The position numbers and the translations under genes were made by a program. A stretch of DNA of 32,000 nt from a cyanobacterium endosymbiont of Braarudosphaera bigelowii (GTDB taxonomy: Bacteria > Cyanobacteriota > Cyanobacteriia > Cyanobacteriales > Microcystaceae): NCBI RefSeq assembly GCF_020885515.1, contig NZ_AP024987.1, positions 840,001-872,000 on the forward strand, written 5' to 3'. Below the pieces are notes generated by a model. That model ran no database searches. It saw only the letters and a program-made list of their open reading frames with translations, and was not told the DNA's origin. The stretch's first letter is position 1. Every line of letters begins with the position of its first letter. Below are positions 28,482 to 32,000 of this stretch, in pieces.

Positions 28482-31400
28482 GTGATTCCTTTACAATTAA
28501 CACTTAAAAATTTTTTAAGTTATCAAGATGTAACTCTTGATTTTCGAGGGTTGCATACTGTTTGTATCTGTGGAACTAATGGAGCTGGTAAAACTTCTTT
28601 GTTAGAAGCAATAGCTTGGACCATCTGGGGACAAAGTAGGACAAGTAGTGATGAAGACATTATTCATGTAAGTAAAGACTATGTAAGAACCGATTTCATG
28701 TTTATTTGTTATCAACAAGTCTATCGTATTATCCGTAGTCGTCAACGAAATCGTTCTAATTCTTTAGATTTTCAAATAAAAAGCTCTAAAGGATTCATTC
28801 CCTTAAGTATAAAAGGAATAAAAGCAACCCAAGAAATTATTACTTCTACTTTAAAATTGGATTATGAGACTTTTATTAACTCAGCTTATTTGAGACAAGG
28901 AAGAGCAGATGAGTTTATGCTTCATCGTCCTACAGAAAGAAAAAAAGTTCTTGCAGACTTATTAAAACTTGATCATTACGAAAATTTATCTATTAAAGCT
29001 AGAGAAATAGCACGACAATACAAAGGGAAAGCTGAACAAATAAAATTAAACCTTGAAGCAAATAGAAGGAAATTAATTAAAGAAAAAGGCATTAAAATCC
29101 GACAACAAGTTATTCAAGAAGATATTAAAGTATTAAAAATTTTACAAAATAAAAACGAACAAGTACTTCAAATCATCAAACAAGAAGATAGTAGTCGTGA
29201 AAGCCGGTTAGAAAAATTACTGTGGAATAGAGAACGTCTTCAGAACTTAAGACAAGAAACATTTAAATTAGAGCAAGAAAAAAGAGAGCTCGGTCAAAAA
29301 AGCTGTAATTATGGAAAACTAATTAATCAGGGAGAGAAAATTTCTAGAAAGTATAAAAAATTTCTTTTTTTCCGTAAACAAGAAGAAACTTTAGTTTATC
29401 AATTTAAAGAATTTCAAAAGTTAAACGAGGAAAAGCAAAAGTTAGAAAAGCATTTTTTATATAGAAATAACCAATTACAATTAAAAATTAAGTATCAACA
29501 AATTTTTTTAGAACAATTAGAGAAAGAAGACAAGGAGTTACAAAAAACAATAAACGATACTAAAGATTTGAAATTGGCTTTAAAAACACTTAATTTTTAT
29601 AGCCAAGAATTAACAAAATTAGATGAATTACAACATGAAGTTTCTCCATTAATAAAAAAAAGACAAGAATTAATAAATCAAATATTAAAAATCAAGATAG
29701 ATTTTCAGTTAAAATTAGAACAAATAAATATTTTAGAGAGTAATTATATCCAGGAATTAGTTATAATTCCTCGTAAAAGAAAGATATTATGTAATTTAAA
29801 CAATAATATTTATGATTTTGAAAATGAAAGAACTTATCATAAACAAATAAAAAATAAAATTGAGGAAAAGAAAATTGTCCAAGGTAAACTGTTAATCGAT
29901 CAACAAAATAATATAAAAGAAATAGATAAGTTGTGGCAAAAAATACGTGACTTAGATATTAATCATTCTAATTGCCCTTTGTGTGAACAAGAGTTGGATC
30001 AAGAACGTCGTTATGATGTTCTTGAAAAAATAATAAAGCAACATAAAAATATTCAAAAACAAGTACATAAATTACAAGAAAAAATTAATATACTTAAACA
30101 AAATATTAATTCGTTCATATTAAAAGATGCATCTCTAAAAAAAAAATTAGAGTACTCAGAAAAAATACAGCAAAATTTTTGTCAAATTGAAGTGCACTTA
30201 AATAAGTTAGGAGAGATGAAAGATAAACTTAAGTATATAGTAAAAGAAAAAGTAAAAATTACAAAACTGATTAAAACTGAATCTTTTGATTCAGTTTTGC
30301 AAGATAAGTTAAAGACTCTTGAAAAGAAATTAACAGAGCTCAACTATACAGAAGAAAATCATATATTAGTGAGAAACAAAGCTAATAAATGGCGTTGGGC
30401 TGAAATTAAAAACTCTAAAGTTAATGACTTACTTCATAGACAAAAACAAATTTTTGAACAAAAGTCTAATCTAATTCAACTTATTAATCAATTAGTAAAA
30501 CAAAAGGAAAAGCTAGATAATGTTTCAAGTTTAAAGAGAGAAATTAATATAATCAAAAGGAAACTAAAGGTATTAAACTATGATAAATCAATTCATGATA
30601 AGGTTTCTAGTTATATTCGTATTTCTCAAAATTGTATTGTTGATTATGAGAAACTACAAAATGCAAACAAGTCTTATTTTTCATTACAACAATATTTAAA
30701 AGTTGCAGAAGATAGATTAAAGAATAGCTATGAAAAACAAAATAGTGTTATAAAGATTGAAAACCAATTGTCTGAGAGACTAAACCTTACCAAAAACTAC
30801 AACCAGCAGATAACCAAACTCACAATAATTTTCAAAATACAAAGACAACATTTAGATAAATTGTTTGAAAAGCAAGGTAGATCTGAACAAGCAATATCCG
30901 AACTTAAGATATTGCAAAATGAAAGAAGAGATTTACAGGTATTACATAATAATATTTGTAAACAGTATCGTATATATTCAGAGTTGACTAAATCTTTTAG
31001 TAAAAATGGTATTCAACTATTAATAATTGAAAATGTCTTACCTCAATTAGAAGCAGAAACAAATAAAATTCTTACACGCTTAACCGGAAATGAGCTACGT
31101 ATTCAATTTATTACTCAAAGATTAGGAAAAGGTACTACCATTCGCAAAAAATCCGCAAAATTAATTGATACATTAGATATTCTTATTGCTGATACAGAAG
31201 GAACTCGTGTGTATGAAACATATTCAGGAGGAGAAGCTTTTAGAATAAATTTTTCTGTACGTTTAGCTTTAGCTAAACTACTAGCACAAAGAGCAGGAGC
31301 ATCATTAGAAATGTTAATAATTGATGAAGGTTTTGGTACCCAGGATGCTGAAGGCTGTGAACGTTTAATTGCAGCAATCAATAGCATAGCCTCTGATTTT

Positions 31401-31508
31401 TCTTGCATATTAATAGTGACACATATGCCCCAGTTTCAAGAAGCTTTTCAACATCGCATAGAAATTAGTAAGACTAACCAGGGCTCACAAATAAGTATAG
31501 TAAACTAG
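28482..31508 (+). CDS. sbcC: Exonuclease SbcC (Rad50-like SMC-family ATPase)
   Basis: Walker A CGTNGAGKTSLLEAIAW, Q-loop region AYLRQGRADEF, coiled coils flanking the Zn-hook CPLCEQEL, ABC signature TYSGGEAFRINFSVRLALAKLLAQRAG, Walker B LEMLIIDEGFGTQD. Confidence 0.93.
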   Translation: MIPLQLTLKNFLSYQDVTLDFRGLHTVCICGTNGAGKTSLLEAIAWTIWGQSRTSSDEDIIHVSKDYVRTDFMFICYQQVYRIIRSRQRNRSNSLDFQIKSSKGFIPLSIKGIKATQEIITSTLKLDYETFINSAYLRQGRADEFMLHRPTERKKVLADLLKLDHYENLSIKAREIARQYKGKAEQIKLNLEANRRKLIKEKGIKIRQQVIQEDIKVLKILQNKNEQVLQIIKQEDSSRESRLEKLLWNRERLQNLRQETFKLEQEKRELGQKSCNYGKLINQGEKISRKYKKFLFFRKQEETLVYQFKEFQKLNEEKQKLEKHFLYRNNQLQLKIKYQQIFLEQLEKEDKELQKTINDTKDLKLALKTLNFYSQELTKLDELQHEVSPLIKKRQELINQILKIKIDFQLKLEQINILESNYIQELVIIPRKRKILCNLNNNIYDFENERTYHKQIKNKIEEKKIVQGKLLIDQQNNIKEIDKLWQKIRDLDINHSNCPLCEQELDQERRYDVLEKIIKQHKNIQKQVHKLQEKINILKQNINSFILKDASLKKKLEYSEKIQQNFCQIEVHLNKLGEMKDKLKYIVKEKVKITKLIKTESFDSVLQDKLKTLEKKLTELNYTEENHILVRNKANKWRWAEIKNSKVNDLLHRQKQIFEQKSNLIQLINQLVKQKEKLDNVSSLKREINIIKRKLKVLNYDKSIHDKVSSYIRISQNCIVDYEKLQNANKSYFSLQQYLKVAEDRLKNSYEKQNSVIKIENQLSERLNLTKNYNQQITKLTIIFKIQRQHLDKLFEKQGRSEQAISELKILQNERRDLQVLHNNICKQYRIYSELTKSFSKNGIQLLIIENVLPQLEAETNKILTRLTGNELRIQFITQRLGKGTTIRKKSAKLIDTLDILIADTEGTRVYETYSGGEAFRINFSVRLALAKLLAQRAGASLEMLIIDEGFGTQDAEGCERLIAAINSIASDFSCILIVTHMPQFQEAFQHRIEISKTNQGSQISIVN

Positions 31509-31689
31509 TATATGTTATATAATTTTCTATTTTTTTTATATTTAATTTGTATAAAATTGAATATATGTGTAAATAAAAACTTTATTAACTAATAAAAATT
31601 AATTACTTTGAGAGACGATACCAGTTTGTATTTATAGAATCAAAAGAAACTTTTATAAATCATGTTCTTGAGAAGAAAAGTATAGAATA

Positions 31690-32000
31690 TTAAAAGTAAT
31701 TAGAGTTTGCTTGGATATTTAAAAACTTAGTTAATTCTGCTTGAAAAAGTAGTTGAATAGTTCCTGTAGGACCATTACGATGCTTAGTTAAAATAATTTC
31801 AGTAATTCCTTTATCTATAGTGTCAGGATTATAGTATTCATCTCGATATAACATCATAATAAGATCAGCATCTTGTTCAATAGAACCGCTTTCTCTTAAG
31901 TCAGACATCATAGGACGTTTATTATTTCTAGCTTCAACTGCCCTACTTAACTGTGATAAAGCAATAACGGGAGCTTTTATTTCACGCGCTAAACCTTTTA
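31690..32000 (-). CDS. dnaB: Replicative DNA helicase DnaB, C-terminal part (5' end outside window)
   Basis: The reverse strand encodes [60 protein letters not shown]...[22 protein letters not shown]...; the frame is open to the window edge. Confidence 0.94.
   Translation of the reverse strand, partial: KGLAREIKAPVIALSQLSRAVEARNNKRPMMSDLRESGSIEQDADLIMMLYRDEYYNPDTIDKGITEIILTKHRNGPTGTIQLLFQAELTKFLNIQANSNYF

Noticed and set aside
31115-31408. 97-aa ORF antisense to the sbcC ATPase domain
   Set aside because: Lies opposite the conserved ABC signature/Walker B coding region, where codon constraint often yields antisense open frames.
28482-31508. SbcC considered as part of an anti-phage or other novel ATPase system
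   Set aside because: It has the canonical SbcC/Rad50 architecture with a CPLC zinc hook and ABC signature, and no nuclease, RT, toxin or other effector gene sits beside it. It reads as ordinary DNA repair, with SbcD elsewhere.
1-32000. Search for CRISPR arrays, transposases, phage genes, tandem repeats and toxin-antitoxin pairs
   Set aside because: On reading both strands I found no regularly spaced direct repeats, no transposase or integrase motifs and no phage structural genes. The only repeats seen are single hairpin-type inverted repeats.

Overview
AT-rich cyanobacterial chromosomal window made almost entirely of housekeeping and photosynthesis-lineage genes. In order: a partial iron(III) ABC permease (FutB/FbpB-like), an EF-G paralog, a SpoIID/LytB-domain protein, class I ribonucleotide reductase alpha (NrdA), Ycf66, dihydrolipoyl dehydrogenase, tRNA-Arg(CCG), prs, two small membrane proteins, a TPR protein, NdhO, an HtrA/Deg-type protease, a DUF92/VTE6-like protein, an IscA/SufA-type protein, a second TPR protein, tRNA-Leu(CAA), BtpA, a VKOR-thioredoxin fusion, HolA, a glyoxalase-like protein, an NTF2-like exported protein, MurG, an AarF/UbiB-family kinase, an unlisted 54-aa membrane ORF, SbcC, and the 3' end of dnaB. 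The low G+C, relaxed noncoding gaps and gene set resemble a reduced unicellular diazotroph-type cyanobacterium (UCYN-A-like); that assignment is an inference from composition and gene content only. I found no CRISPR array, transposase, phage module, toxin-antitoxin pair or recognisable defence cassette, and no convincing new biological system. The points most worth following up are long perfect hairpins at gene ends (up to 33 bp), an 18-bp inverted repeat with a 42-nt loop upstream of the EF-G paralog, a 1.08-kb noncoding gap upstream of nrdA, the small unlisted ORF, and an empty DnaB intein insertion site.
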